A stretch of DNA of 64,000 nt from Candidatus Krumholzibacteriia bacterium (GCA_050174015.1 JBFXKG010000004.1:165501-229500); one strand, 5' to 3'; shown: positions 9,624 to 20,007, counted from the stretch's first letter. Numbers and translations: made by a program. Notes: a model not told the origin generated them from the letters alone.

Positions 9624-11672
9624 CTATTCCCGCCAGAACCGGAACCGGATGTGGCTGATTCCGTCGCAGTGGTAATCGCTGATGACCGTTCCCCAGGAAT
9701 TGCTGAAATCGACGTCCGTGATGTTGGCGCAGACGCCGGTTCCTGTCAGGTTGAACTCGGCCAGATAGTAATGGTCGCTCGTATCGGGGGCGACGGGCAG
9801 GGCCCCCTCGATCTCCAGCACCGTGGCCCCCCACACCTCCCTCACCACGTACGAGGTGATCCGGCCCGTCGCCGGATCGATCGTGATCTCGATCCCGCTC
9901 GGGGACGACCCGGTGAAGGTGTTGCCGTTCCAGGTCCCGTTCTCCGCCTCGAAGGTCTCGTACATGGCGTGATCGGCGGTCGAACCGCCCACGTACAGGT
10001 AGGTGACGTAGACGTCCTCGATCTCCACCCGGCAGTGGTTCGCCGCCGAGAGGTCGATCCCCCCGGGGATGTGGGCCTTCAGGGTGATGGGGCGGGTCAC
10101 GGTGTAAGGATCGTCATACATGTTGTCGGTCACCAGGGCGAACAGGTTCCAGCCCTGCACGGTCATGGTGAGGATGTCCGGCACGGCGACCGACTCGTAG
10201 CCGGCCGACAGGAATTCCAGCGTCGAGGTGTTGTACCGGAACAGCGAGAGGTGACGGTTCTCGGCTCCCGTCAGGGTGAAGATCAGCTGATCCGACGGCT
10301 TCAACCCCACGTAGCCCAGCGAGATCTGGTAGATGGCTCCCGACAGGTCCGAATAGGATCGGGTCCAGGTCTTGAGCGTGTCCCGGGCCGCGGCGATGGT
10401 CCACTTGTCCTCGGCGTTGACGAACCAGGTGGCCCGCGAGACGTCATCGTAGACGTTCCCCAGCACGTAGTCCGACATGAACACCTCCCACCACCCGGCG
10501 GGATCGTTCCGGCACACCGCCTCGACGGGATGCACCTCGTTGCGGATGTCCCCGTAGACGGTGGCCACGAAGGTCTGGCCGTACCGGTCGGCCAGGTACT
10601 TGATCACCGCCGACATTCCGTACCCGTGGTGACGGGCGTTCTCCTCGGCGCCCTTCTGCATCCCCGCGAAGGGGGCCATCTGGTGGGAGTTGCGCACCGG
10701 CGAGACGTAATCCGTGACCGAGGTGAAGAACTCCTCCGACCAGACGGCCGCGGCCTCGTCCAGCCAGTAATGGCGCGAGGGACCGTCGGCCTGGATCATC
10801 GGCGCCCGCGGATCGTAGAATCCCTGGACGATGTGGAAGAACTCGTGGGCGCAGGTCGTGCGCATCATGGGCAGGTCGTCCAGGATCTCCAGGGCCAGCT
10901 CCAGGTAGCCGTGATCGTCCCCCAGCTTGGAGCTCATGGCCCCGCCGTCGTCCTCCAGGGACTTGAGCGTCACGTCGACAGGCCAGTTCGTCCGGGCCGA
11001 ATAGCTGAAGCCCAGGGTCCGGAACCTGTCGTAGGCCTCCTCGAGATAGGATCCCATCTCGACGTAGTGGTGCAGGTGCCCGAGGGGAACGCCGATCCGG
11101 AAGTGGCCCTGCGGCGTGGTGTAGAGCGAGTACCCCGTGATCACGCCGACTCCGAACCAGAACCCGCCCGACCCGGCCCCGGCGCCCGTTCCCTTGCCCG
11201 GGTCCGGAGCCGGAATCACCGCGGTGATGGTTTCGCCGTCCCCCGTCGAGGGCAGGATGCGATAGCTCGTCCGAACGTCGTCCCGGCTGCGGCAGAACGC
11301 CTCCTCGCCCAGGACCACGAAGGTCTGGTCGCCCTCCGTCTTCGCCCCGTGCTCGATGGTCAGCTGCAGCGGTTGATCGTAGTCGTCGGGAAGCCCGTCG
11401 ATCCGGTACATCCTGGTCGCCTGGTCGACGCCGAAGGGCCGGTCGTCGTCCGAGACCGCGATGGTGACGGTCGCATCCCCGGTGAAGCCGGCCGCCGGCA
11501 CGGAGAGCGTGAGCTGATCCCCCGTGATCTCTCCCCCGGCGGGCCCGATGGTGGCCGAGGCGATCTGCGTGTAACGGGGACCGGGGTCGAGGGGGGCAGT
11601 GGGATCGTCGTCGGAGGAGCAGCCGCCGGCGAGGATCACCGGCAGAATCAGCATGATGGGGCGGAACCTCAT
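9624..11672 (-). CDS. Lipoprotein with ZU5-like N-terminal domain and HEXXH zinc metallopeptidase domain
   Basis: Lipobox LAGGC; IGPAGGEI...LSVPAAGF; AHEFFHIVQ...WLDEAAAVWSE. Confidence 0.65.
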   Translation of the reverse strand: MRFRPIMLILPVILAGGCSSDDDPTAPLDPGPRYTQIASATIGPAGGEITGDQLTLSVPAAGFTGDATVTIAVSDDDRPFGVDQATRMYRIDGLPDDYDQPLQLTIEHGAKTEGDQTFVVLGEEAFCRSRDDVRTSYRILPSTGDGETITAVIPAPDPGKGTGAGAGSGGFWFGVGVITGYSLYTTPQGHFRIGVPLGHLHHYVEMGSYLEEAYDRFRTLGFSYSARTNWPVDVTLKSLEDDGGAMSSKLGDDHGYLELALEILDDLPMMRTTCAHEFFHIVQGFYDPRAPMIQADGPSRHYWLDEAAAVWSEEFFTSVTDYVSPVRNSHQMAPFAGMQKGAEENARHHGYGMSAVIKYLADRYGQTFVATVYGDIRNEVHPVEAVCRNDPAGWWEVFMSDYVLGNVYDDVSRATWFVNAEDKWTIAAARDTLKTWTRSYSDLSGAIYQISLGYVGLKPSDQLIFTLTGAENRHLSLFRYNTSTLEFLSAGYESVAVPDILTMTVQGWNLFALVTDNMYDDPYTVTRPITLKAHIPGGIDLSAANHCRVEIEDVYVTYLYVGGSTADHAMYETFEAENGTWNGNTFTGSSPSGIEITIDPATGRITSYVVREVWGATVLEIEGALPVAPDTSDHYYLAEFNLTGTGVCANITDVDFSNSWGTVISDYHCDGISHIRFRFWRE

Positions 11673-11725
11673 GTCATACCTCCCGGTATCGGTTCCTCCA
11701 TCTTACTGGAATCGTTTTATCAATT

Positions 11726-12517
11726 TCAACCTTGAATCATGCGGGGCAGGATGCCGCCGGGGTGTCCGAAGTGGGGCAGGACATCATCCCTCCCGCAGGA
11801 ATCGGGATCCACGAACGTTCCCCCTCCCGGAGAATAGTAGAGGCAGCCCGCTTCGGCCGGCGGCCGCCTCCTGATGAAATCCTCCGCCGTCTGCAAGGCA
11901 TTCGTCCAGTCCGCCTTGATCCGCTGAACGTCGGGCGCCCCGGTCAAGTCGAGGCGTTCGAGGTCCTCCTGACGGATCCGCCCCCTCCGTTTCAGCATTT
12001 CAAGCAGGGACAATGGTGAATACCCGGGGTCCTTTCCAACCGCGGCCCAGACCAGGGGGCCGAGGGGCAACAGGGTCTCGTGAAGAAAGAGGGTATCCAG
12101 GAGATCCCGAGGTTCCTCCCTGCCAGCCAAGGCCAGGACCTTGTTGGTCGCCAGATCCACTGGGTGCAGCTGAAATCCGAAATCCTCGCTTTCCATGACC
12201 GGCATGAACCGCCAGGCCGAATCCTGCGCCCACTCGATCTTGGTCACCGATTCCCCGTCACCCACCACGGCCCGGATGTAACCCGGCTGGCTGATCTCGA
12301 TCTCGACCTCGAGGCCGCCTCCCGTCAGGAGTTCCCGGTCGGCTGCGAAGGCCGTCGCCACTCCGGCGACGGTGTCGTGGAAATAGTCCAGATCATGGCT
12401 GAACCTCCGGCTGTTCGGAGCGGCCAGAATGGCGGCTCCGCCGGCAAGGTAGCTGTCCTCGCTGCGGTTTCCCGCAAGTAGCCTTCCCAATCTCGCCTGG
12501 AATCCCGTCAACGGCAT
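11726..12517 (-). CDS. AbiEii-like nucleotidyltransferase (type IV TA toxin-like)
   Basis: YLAGGAA, RFSHDLDYF, DLATNKVLAL, EPRDLLD. Confidence 0.75.
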   Translation of the reverse strand: MPLTGFQARLGRLLAGNRSEDSYLAGGAAILAAPNSRRFSHDLDYFHDTVAGVATAFAADRELLTGGGLEVEIEISQPGYIRAVVGDGESVTKIEWAQDSAWRFMPVMESEDFGFQLHPVDLATNKVLALAGREEPRDLLDTLFLHETLLPLGPLVWAAVGKDPGYSPLSLLEMLKRRGRIRQEDLERLDLTGAPDVQRIKADWTNALQTAEDFIRRRPPAEAGCLYYSPGGGTFVDPDSCGRDDVLPHFGHPGGILPRMIQG

Positions 12518-12774
12518 AGCTGGATCCCCTTTTCCCAGGCCTTGCGACCTCCGTACTTCATCAACCTTTCGGCGACCCAGTCCACATCGGCCGCGGTGAT
12601 CCGGAGGTCGGGGGAACAGGACCAGAAGCACTGCGCGAAGTAATCCCGATAGGCGCGACGGGCTTCCCTGACCCGGACCATGGCGCGGGCCTGGTCGGGG
12701 CTGAGGGCGCGACGGCTCCGCATCCCCCCCTTGCGGCCGATTTCAGCCAGGTACTTCCGCACGGTATCGTTCAT
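12508..12774 (-). CDS. Small putative antitoxin partner of AbiEii-like gene
   Basis: 88 aa, overlaps the downstream gene; CFWS...WVAERLMKYG pattern; leaderless promoter with palindrome. Confidence 0.6.
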   Translation of the reverse strand: MNDTVRKYLAEIGRKGGMRSRRALSPDQARAMVRVREARRAYRDYFAQCFWSCSPDLRITAADVDWVAERLMKYGGRKAWEKGIQLCR

Positions 12775-12809
12775 GAAATCATCATAAGCGGGTTATGGTG
12801 TTGTTACAA
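12775..12809 (-). promoter_or_regulatory. sigma70 promoter of leaderless TA transcript
   Basis: TTGTAA-17-TATGAT-6-ATG; CATAA...TTATG inverted repeat. Confidence 0.6.
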
Positions 12810-12828
12810 GTGGAAAAATAAGATAACT

Positions 12829-13872
12829 TCACGAAATTCCGCCGACCCTTCCGATCACCCGCGCATCGCGCCGCAGCATGTCCAGCGTGACGTTGGAGCC
12901 GCCGGCCGCGGCCGCCTCGGCCACCGCACCGGCCGCCTTCTCGCGGCCGTCCTTGAAGGCCCGGCGGATCTTGCGCGGATCGAACTCCAGCGAGCCCATG
13001 TGCAGCACGTCGGGACGGATCAGCACCAGATCGGCGTAGCGGAACCCCGCGAAGGGAAAGCCGGCGGGCACGTCCCCGTCGCGCACCTTCAGGTCGTGGC
13101 AGAACTTCACCCCCGCGTTGATGGCCGCCGCCAGCTTCAGGTCGTTGCGGAAGACCTCGTTGAGCAGCAGGTCCACCGACCTCAGGGCGATCTCGATGCC
13201 GCTGTCGATCTTCTCGGGCCCCGGCACCCGTTTCATCTCCAGTGGGCTGGCCATGATGACGTAGATGGTGTCGGGATCGCGGAGGTTGCCGGGAGTGTCG
13301 TCGCGTTCCTCCTCCAGGGCCTGGAACGCCTCGGACAGCGGCGTGATGTTCCGCACGCCGCCATCGACGTACTTCCTGCCCTCGATCTCCACGGGATTGA
13401 ACATGACGGGGATGGACGCCGAGGCGAGGATCATCTCCAGGATGCCGGGGTAGGCTCCATCGACCGCGAAGTACTCGCCCGACAACAACTCGACCACCCC
13501 CACGCGCAGGGTGCGGCCCGAGGTTCGGATGCGCTCGGGATCGATGTTCTTCCGGATGAGCTCCCACAGCGGCTTGTTGGAGTAGATGCTGTCGGCCTTG
13601 AAGATCAGGCCCAGCACGCCTCCCACGCGGGTGGTGTAGATGTCGCGGTTCTCGCGCAGGCCGTACCAGATGCCCTTCAGGGCGTCGAGCTGCCGCAGCA
13701 AGCCGGTCCAACCCTCGCCCTGCGCCAGCATGGCCGCGTTCAGGTTGCCCGTTGACACCCCCACGATGACCGCGGGGTCGATCCCCAGGTCGCGGATCAG
13801 GTAATCGGCCGCCCCCAGCTCGAAGGCGCCCTTGGCGCCGCCGCCCGACATGACCAGTGCCGTCCTGCCCAT
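12829..13872 (-). CDS. Patatin-like phospholipase
   Basis: GGGAKG, GVSTG, ASASIP, YVDGG. Confidence 0.92.
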   Translation of the reverse strand: MGRTALVMSGGGAKGAFELGAADYLIRDLGIDPAVIVGVSTGNLNAAMLAQGEGWTGLLRQLDALKGIWYGLRENRDIYTTRVGGVLGLIFKADSIYSNKPLWELIRKNIDPERIRTSGRTLRVGVVELLSGEYFAVDGAYPGILEMILASASIPVMFNPVEIEGRKYVDGGVRNITPLSEAFQALEEERDDTPGNLRDPDTIYVIMASPLEMKRVPGPEKIDSGIEIALRSVDLLLNEVFRNDLKLAAAINAGVKFCHDLKVRDGDVPAGFPFAGFRYADLVLIRPDVLHMGSLEFDPRKIRRAFKDGREKAAGAVAEAAAAGGSNVTLDMLRRDARVIGRVGGIS

Positions 13873-14091
13873 GATCGTCTCCCTCGTTGGCGTGGTTTCC
13901 CCACAGGGTAATCGCGACGGAGGGGCCGCCACCACCATTTTGGCGTTGCTCCCCCGGAGCGATGGCGGATCATCGTCCCATTCAGACAGCCATACCGATC
14001 AGACCGGGGGGGGTGACCATGCGCACGATCCGAATCGTCCCGACAGCCTTCGCCGCCCGGCCGACGGCCCGACCGGTCTGGCAACCCGGGT

Positions 14092-14433
14092 TTACAAGGA
14101 AAGGACCAGACGCAAACCCTCCGCGACACGGTCCAGATGTGGTTCGGGAATGCGGCCGGCAAGCTCCACCAGGAACCGCCGGTCGAGGGTCAGGATCTGG
14201 GATACGTTGACCACCGAATCCTTCGGCAGACCGCTGATCCTATCTTCCAGCAGGACGTTGCCGGGAGCGGCCGCCAGATCCAGGTTGGAGGTGATGGCGG
14301 CCACGACGACCGTCGCGATGCGGCTGCGGTTGAAGGCGTCCGACTGGAGGACGAGGACCGGACGGCGATATCCCGGCCCCGAGCCGCGGGGTGCAGCCAG
14401 TTCGGCCCAGTAGATTTCACCTCTCCGGATCAC
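14092..14433 (-). CDS. MazF/PemK family toxin
   Basis: RRGEIYWAEL...YRRPVLVLQSDAFN, DSVVNVSQILTLDR. Confidence 0.92.
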   Translation of the reverse strand: MIRRGEIYWAELAAPRGSGPGYRRPVLVLQSDAFNRSRIATVVVAAITSNLDLAAAPGNVLLEDRISGLPKDSVVNVSQILTLDRRFLVELAGRIPEPHLDRVAEGLRLVLSL

Positions 14434-14669
14434 CAGTCATCCCTGGCGAAGCTGGCCCGCTGGAGGGCATCGAGGACGAAGTCGAGGCCGCGGTCCTCGG
14501 ACCGGGCATGGACACGATCCAGGGCCTCGGTGACGGCCTCATCCCCTTGATTTTCCAGGTACCTGGCAATGGCGCGCTGGTAGAGCTCGCTGCGGGAAAC
14601 TCCCAGACGCCTGGCCAGGCGGTCGGCGGCCTCGAAGAGGGTATCGGGAATGGAGATTGCGGTTTTCAT
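14430..14669 (-). CDS. RHH/CopG antitoxin
   Basis: MKTAISIPDTLFEAADRLARRLGVSRSELY; overlaps toxin start. Confidence 0.88.
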   Translation of the reverse strand: MKTAISIPDTLFEAADRLARRLGVSRSELYQRAIARYLENQGDEAVTEALDRVHARSEDRGLDFVLDALQRASFARDDW

Positions 14670-14704
14670 GGTCACAGTATAACTCGGTTATACCCCATCA
14701 TCCA
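14670..14704 (-). promoter_or_regulatory. Leaderless promoter and operator of the mazEF-like pair
   Basis: -10 TATACT 6 nt before ATG; perfect palindrome GTATAAC-tcg-GTTATAC (14677-14693). Confidence 0.65.
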
Positions 14705-15018
14705 GCCTTTTCTTTCCTGTTGTCGGTTCGAACCGCGACCTCGCCCGGGGCCCGGAAGCCCTTGCTCGATCCCCGGGTCCGGGCCCGCCCCATGCAGATC
14801 CCCGGACCCGTGGTGAAAAGTCCCTCATCCCATCGTGAACAGGTTGGATTCCTGAAATTCGCCATCGAGCGGCTGGCCACCAGGGGATTCACACGTCAAG
14901 TCTTTCCCGGGCTTCCGGACGGGGTATTGACCGCATAATCCCCCTTGCCGGGTTGGTGACAGCCTGAATGATCCCGGATGGAATCCCCTGAGGCCGGCGC
15001 TGATTCTCCAGTCCCCCC

Positions 15019-15140
15019 TCGCAGTGTAACCACACAGGTCGGGGCGCCCCAGCTGCTCGCGGGGGCGGCTGGTCACCTTCGGGGGTGACAGGCCGGCGGA
15101 TTGCCGGCCTGGTAGATCGGGGCGCTCCTCCGAGCTGCGA
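15019..15140 (+). ncRNA. Unclassified multi-branch structured RNA candidate
   Basis: Nested helices with G-U pairs favouring the + strand, in an ORF-poor gap. Confidence 0.35.
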
Positions 15141-15208
15141 CGTACATGCGGGAATTCGGAATGTGGAACCGGAAAGGATAAGGCCGGCCGGAACAGACCC
15201 GTCGGTCG

Positions 15209-16006
15209 TCAGAAATCTTCGTGCTGATAGGGGACCAGCCAGAAGAACTCCCTGCTCCGCGACCGCACCAGGGCCTTGAGGTCGGCGTCCCACGGGACCG
15301 CGTGGCGGGTCTTGCGATCGGTTTCCCTGATGGCCCGCCTGCCTTCGTCCAGGAAGCTGCCCGGACAATCCAAATCGAAGAAGGTGCAGAGATCCGTGAG
15401 GGTCCCCACCGGATCGGCGACCAGCCGGTCGTGGTTCATCAGGAACAGCCGCTGGGCTCCGAAGTTCGTGTGGACCAACTTGACTCCCATACATCGCTCG
15501 AAAAATTGCCGGACTTCCTGCTCCAGGCGGGGGCGGGTCACCGATCCGCCCGGCCGGGCGCCCTTCAGGCTGGACGAGGCGATCGCGTCGAAGGGGTTCC
15601 GGTAGGCGTGGATGAACTTCTTGGCGAGGGTGATCTTCTCGGCCACCGAATCCACCGACCGGGGCCGGCTGAAGATCTCGCGGGCGGATGCGCCGGCGCG
15701 GCGGTCCCCGATGACCCGCAGGGCGCCGGACTTCCGGCGGCCCGCGGCGGTGCGGCAGATCAGGTCGTAGAGCTGGTGTTCGCTCACGCCCTTTTCCAGG
15801 AGCCGGAAGGAGTTGCTTCCCTCCGAGATCAGGATCTGCGGGTGATGATTCAGGAGCTGGCAGATCAGCCGGCCCTGGTGCTCGTCGTTCCCGACGAAGA
15901 AACAGAAGGTCTGGAGTCCGTCCAGGCGGCAGGAATGTCTCCTGAAAAGCGGTTTGCCCCAGGTTCCCCTGATCAGATCCCTGGTGATTTCGAAACCCTG
16001 CTTCAT
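15209..16006 (-). CDS. Sulfotransferase-like protein with degenerate PAPS loop
   Basis: LLNHHPQILISE, FIHAYRNPFDAIAS, HDRLVADPVGTLTDLCTFF. Confidence 0.6.
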   Translation of the reverse strand: MKQGFEITRDLIRGTWGKPLFRRHSCRLDGLQTFCFFVGNDEHQGRLICQLLNHHPQILISEGSNSFRLLEKGVSEHQLYDLICRTAAGRRKSGALRVIGDRRAGASAREIFSRPRSVDSVAEKITLAKKFIHAYRNPFDAIASSSLKGARPGGSVTRPRLEQEVRQFFERCMGVKLVHTNFGAQRLFLMNHDRLVADPVGTLTDLCTFFDLDCPGSFLDEGRRAIRETDRKTRHAVPWDADLKALVRSRSREFFWLVPYQHEDF

Positions 16007-16458
16007 GGTTCCACCTGAATTACGGCGGTTTCCCGCCCGACGCGCAGGCCGATCCCCGGCCAAGGATAATCAAGGCAGCTCCACCACAAAATCAAATTTT
16101 GAAATTCCCGAACCAGCTCATCGTTCCTTTGGCCCAGCCACATCCATCCGTGAATGTCGTATCCAAAAAACAGGCAGGTCGCCCTCTTTCAAGCCGTATC
16201 CCCCGATCTCATGCCTCGATTTCCTTGAAATCCAAATAATAGGCCAGGAATATCGAAAATTATGTGGATGGTCCATTTGAGATGAATTATCCTCATTTCC
16301 CTGAGTTCGGCACTTAATTGGCCCTTGTCGATCGCCCCAGACCTGAGGGGCGTTCCTTCCTGGCCCAGGTTATCGCCTCCCCGAAAGTCCGGATAGCCCA
16401 TGTCCCTCCACCATTCCAGGACCCTCCTCCCTGAAGCTCGTCGGGGCCGAGGCGACTG

Positions 16459-17784
16459 ATGCTCAGCCAGTCGATCTATCTGTTCCTTTCCAATGCCGCC
16501 GGATACGGCATCCGCATCATCCTGCCCATGTTCCTGGTCCGGGTCCTGACAAAGGAGGAATTCGGGGCCTACAGCCAGTTTTTTCTTCTGGAAACCCTCA
16601 TCCAGACCATCTTCCAGATGGGTGTGAGCCAGTCGCTCTACTATTTCGTCCCGCGCGACCGGGACAACTCCGCGGCCTACCTCCTCAACAGCGTCCTGCT
16701 GAACACACTCATTTTTTCCGGCGCCTACACCCTGATCTATCTGGTCCGGGATACCGTCGCCGCCCAGACCGGGATGCAGATCGTGATCACCCTGTTCTGG
16801 TACCTGGCTCCCTATTCCTTGATCATGGTCCTCAACGTCACGGTGCTGACGTACATGACGGCGACCCAGAACATCAAGGCCGCCTCGGTCCTGACCATCA
16901 TTCGCGAGGTCCTGGCCATCCTGGTCGCCATCCCCGTCGCGTACATCTACCGGGACTTGCACGCGGTCATCCTGGCCCTGGTGGGAGCCCGCGCCCTGAG
17001 CCTGGTGATCAACATTCTTGTCGTCCATTTCAGGATCAGGGGTTTCCGCTCCAAGACCTTTTTCTTCGGGATCCGGGAGCAGGTGCGGTACGGGGTGGTG
17101 CTCGGCCTCGCGGGATCGGTCTGGGTCTATTCCATGCGCTTCCATGAATTGATGGTCAGCCGAAACTACGATCTGGAAACCTATGCCATCTATGCGGCAG
17201 GCTGCAAACAGATCCCCTTCATGCAGTTCATTTCCCAGGCCCTCGTGGCGGTTGCTCTCGGCCAGTTCGCCATCATGATCAAGAACCAGGACTGGAACGG
17301 AGTCAGGTCGCTCTGGAACCGGGTCCTGGGTACCATGTACGGCATCGGAGTTCCCCTGACCTTGCTCCTCTTTGTCTTTGCGAAGCCTCTGGTCGTTTTG
17401 ATGTTCACGCCGGAGTACGTCGACGCCGTCCCCATATTCCGCATGAACCTCCTGGCAGGTCTGGGCCTCGTGCTGAATTCCACCTTGGTCCTGCGGGGCC
17501 TGAACCGGAACGACATCACCCTCAAGATCAACACAGGTATGTTTCTGCTCCTGCCTTTCGCCTTGTACGGCGGCATGAAGCTTGCCGGCACCCTGGGGAT
17601 CATCTCGGTCAACGTCGTTTTTCTGCTCGGATCCCGGATCGTGGCCCAGACGGTTCTCAACCGTTTGGTCCCGGTCCACCTGCCCTACGTCGCACCCATG
17701 GGCAGCATCATCCAGTTCTATGGGAATTCCTTCGCGAAGTTGCGAACCGCAGCCGGGAAGGCGCTCTCCATCGGCAGGAGTTGA
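16459..17784 (+). CDS. Wzx-type oligosaccharide flippase / polysaccharide biosynthesis protein
   Basis: Many TM segments; LVRVLTKEEFGAYS, MGVSQSLYYF, PLVVLMFTPEY. Confidence 0.85.
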   Translation: MLSQSIYLFLSNAAGYGIRIILPMFLVRVLTKEEFGAYSQFFLLETLIQTIFQMGVSQSLYYFVPRDRDNSAAYLLNSVLLNTLIFSGAYTLIYLVRDTVAAQTGMQIVITLFWYLAPYSLIMVLNVTVLTYMTATQNIKAASVLTIIREVLAILVAIPVAYIYRDLHAVILALVGARALSLVINILVVHFRIRGFRSKTFFFGIREQVRYGVVLGLAGSVWVYSMRFHELMVSRNYDLETYAIYAAGCKQIPFMQFISQALVAVALGQFAIMIKNQDWNGVRSLWNRVLGTMYGIGVPLTLLLFVFAKPLVVLMFTPEYVDAVPIFRMNLLAGLGLVLNSTLVLRGLNRNDITLKINTGMFLLLPFALYGGMKLAGTLGIISVNVVFLLGSRIVAQTVLNRLVPVHLPYVAPMGSIIQFYGNSFAKLRTAAGKALSIGRS

Positions 17785-17790
17785 TCCCCC

Positions 17791-18744
17791 TCAGCTTCGG
17801 TAGCCCACGCGCCGCGCGACCTTGCCACAACCAAGATCCAGAAGCCAACGTTCCAGGGCGGGCACGGCCCGTGGGCCGGATTCCGGTTGGCGGGAACGGA
17901 TCTTCCGGATGGCGTTGGGGCTCAGAACCTCCACCCCCAGGTATGCGGACAATTCCGAAAAATCCTCGGTTGCAAGCAGGTCCTCGTAGCGCAGGAACCG
18001 ACCATCGACCAGTTCGGAGTGATCGAGGTAATCCCTGGCCATTTCCGCCCAGTAGCGTCCAAAACGGTAGGGCGTGAAGATGGGTTCCTGGGGCCACCGC
18101 AGGTACCAGCTGCGGGAAGTCCGGTAGGACCGCCAGGCATGGTGGGGATTGCGGATGAGGAAAAGGAAACGGGCCCTGGGGAAAAGCCACTGCAGGTAGC
18201 GCGCATCGTCCACGGACCAGCGAACTTCCTTGATCCCCCAGCGATCGCACCCATGTCTGCGTGCGGGCTCGGCGAATAACCGGACGAAGTAGGCCCGGTG
18301 GGCGGCGTGCATATCCTTCACGGCAGGATAGAGGTTGGCGACCCACCTGTCCGCCGCCCCTTCCATCTCGCCGTCGAAGAAAAAATTGCGCGGGGGCCAT
18401 TCTCCCGTGAAAGACAGCCATTGGCGCTTGAGGGTCCCGAGGATGTCGCTGTGATCGTAAGGTTCGCCCCAGATCAGGACCCTGCCGCTGCCCATGAGCA
18501 TGCGCTGCAGCATGGTTGAGCCGGCACGCCATCCTGCCGAAAAGATGAAGATGGGTTCTTCCTGCGGGTCTGACTGGATATCCCCGCAATCATGGATGAA
18601 GGGTTCTCGCGAAACGAAATCCCGGATTTCCCGCATGATGGCCCGGTGGCGGCGGCGCGCCGGCCGCGGACCAACCAGTGCTTCCATGATCTCGATGCCC
18701 TGCTTCAACGGGGGCCAGCTTCGCCAACCGGTGGATGGACTCAC
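17791..18744 (-). CDS. Sulfotransferase family protein
   Basis: FSAGWRAGSTMLQR, WGIKE, FPRARFLFLIRNP, LRYEDL. Confidence 0.85.
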   Translation of the reverse strand: MSPSTGWRSWPPLKQGIEIMEALVGPRPARRRHRAIMREIRDFVSREPFIHDCGDIQSDPQEEPIFIFSAGWRAGSTMLQRMLMGSGRVLIWGEPYDHSDILGTLKRQWLSFTGEWPPRNFFFDGEMEGAADRWVANLYPAVKDMHAAHRAYFVRLFAEPARRHGCDRWGIKEVRWSVDDARYLQWLFPRARFLFLIRNPHHAWRSYRTSRSWYLRWPQEPIFTPYRFGRYWAEMARDYLDHSELVDGRFLRYEDLLATEDFSELSAYLGVEVLSPNAIRKIRSRQPESGPRAVPALERWLLDLGCGKVARRVGYRS

Positions 18745-18811
18745 CGGGGACCTCCCTGGGAGTACGATGACGTTCGTGGAGCGTCCGGTCGGGACCGGAA
18801 CCCGAGCTTCC

Positions 18812-19786
18812 TCATCTCCGACTCCTCAGCGACCACAGGGCCCGGTTCAACGGAGTCGGCAAGACCAGGCACATCGCCAACCTCAAGCGCACTGCAGGAG
18901 AAAGCAGGGATCCGAATTCGGCCAGAAGCCGGCGGGCCTGAGCGCGGTTCGTATTCCGGCCGGCAACCCTGGCAGCCGAATCGGCGCTGCGGCGCCTCAA
19001 GGGTCGAGTACGGCGCTCGATCTCGGACCCGATGGTCCCGGTCTGCTCCTGCATCCGGCACAGCACCCGGTAGAACCCATCGAACGGGTCGCTTTCCTGA
19101 TCCATCAGGGATCCCTCCACTTGCCGATAGAAGACGCTCGGCCGTGGACAGTAGGCCAGCCGAGGTTCGGCCAAGGCGAGACGGAACCAGAGGTCCAGGT
19201 CCTCGCCGGTGCGCAGCCCCGTGTCAAATCCCTCGTGCTCCATCAGAAAAGTCCGCTCCATGGCGCACGCGCTGGTGAAGACCCTCCAGGCCCGCGAACA
19301 GGCCTGGAAATAATCCTCGAGCAGCACGGGTTGGTCACCCTTGATCCCATCGACCATCCTGGGGATCTCCCGGGGCGGATCGGTCTCGAAAAGCACCGTG
19401 TAGGCCGAGGCCGCCCAGCGCACATCATACCGCTCCAGGGCCTCGCGCAGATTCGCAAGATGGTGGGGCAACCAGCGGTCATCCGCATCGAGAAAAGCCA
19501 CGTGCGTCCCGCAAGCCAGCCGGATACCGGTGTTTCGAGCCGCCGCCGCCCCGCTGTTCTCCTGCCGGTGGCACTTGACCAGGGGTGAGGAGGCCATGGC
19601 CACCGAGGCGGTGTCATCCGCCGAGCCATCGTCCACCACGACGATTTCCAGGGGATGGAACTGCTGACTGGTCACGCTGGCAATGGTTGCGGCGATGTGC
19701 CGCTCCGCGTTGAAGGCGGGGATGACCACCGAGAATGACGGAGACATCCTCCCATCCTCGGTGCTGGTTCGGTCCTGGTGGATCAT
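18812..19786 (-). CDS. Glycosyltransferase family 2
   Basis: SVVIPAFNA, VVDDGSAD, AARNTG, FLDADD, GEDLDLWFR. Confidence 0.92.
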   Translation of the reverse strand: MIHQDRTSTEDGRMSPSFSVVIPAFNAERHIAATIASVTSQQFHPLEIVVVDDGSADDTASVAMASSPLVKCHRQENSGAAAARNTGIRLACGTHVAFLDADDRWLPHHLANLREALERYDVRWAASAYTVLFETDPPREIPRMVDGIKGDQPVLLEDYFQACSRAWRVFTSACAMERTFLMEHEGFDTGLRTGEDLDLWFRLALAEPRLAYCPRPSVFYRQVEGSLMDQESDPFDGFYRVLCRMQEQTGTIGSEIERRTRPLRRRSADSAARVAGRNTNRAQARRLLAEFGSLLSPAVRLRLAMCLVLPTPLNRALWSLRSRR

Positions 19787-20007
19787 TTCCTGGAATTCCG
19801 GGTTGATTGCGGGTGCCCTGACAGTTCCTTACAACCCCCCGGACTAATTCCGGCCGGGGCGATGGCGGAGATTATAGACCTTGGGGGGCCACGGGACAAG
19901 CAATCGGGGACCAAGATGGAGTGAATCCGGATTGTGCGGGGTGAAGGCCTGTTCTATTGTCTTGGCGCTACATTCGATCGAAAGCCAGCTTTCGACAGGG
20001 GCTCTTC

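Noticed and set aside
12829..13872. Patatin as a CBASS effector
   Set aside because: No CD-NTase adjacent; the nearby nucleotidyltransferase is AbiEii-like with its own promoter
15019..15140. Lysine or purine riboswitch on the minus strand (GGAGGAGCGCCC, UCUACCAGG)
   Set aside because: Remaining conserved motifs and helices are missing, and G-U pairs favour the + strand
16040..16086. CAGCTCCACCA resembling a tRNA/tmRNA 3' end (att site)
   Set aside because: No T-arm (GTTCGA) or acceptor-stem partner upstream
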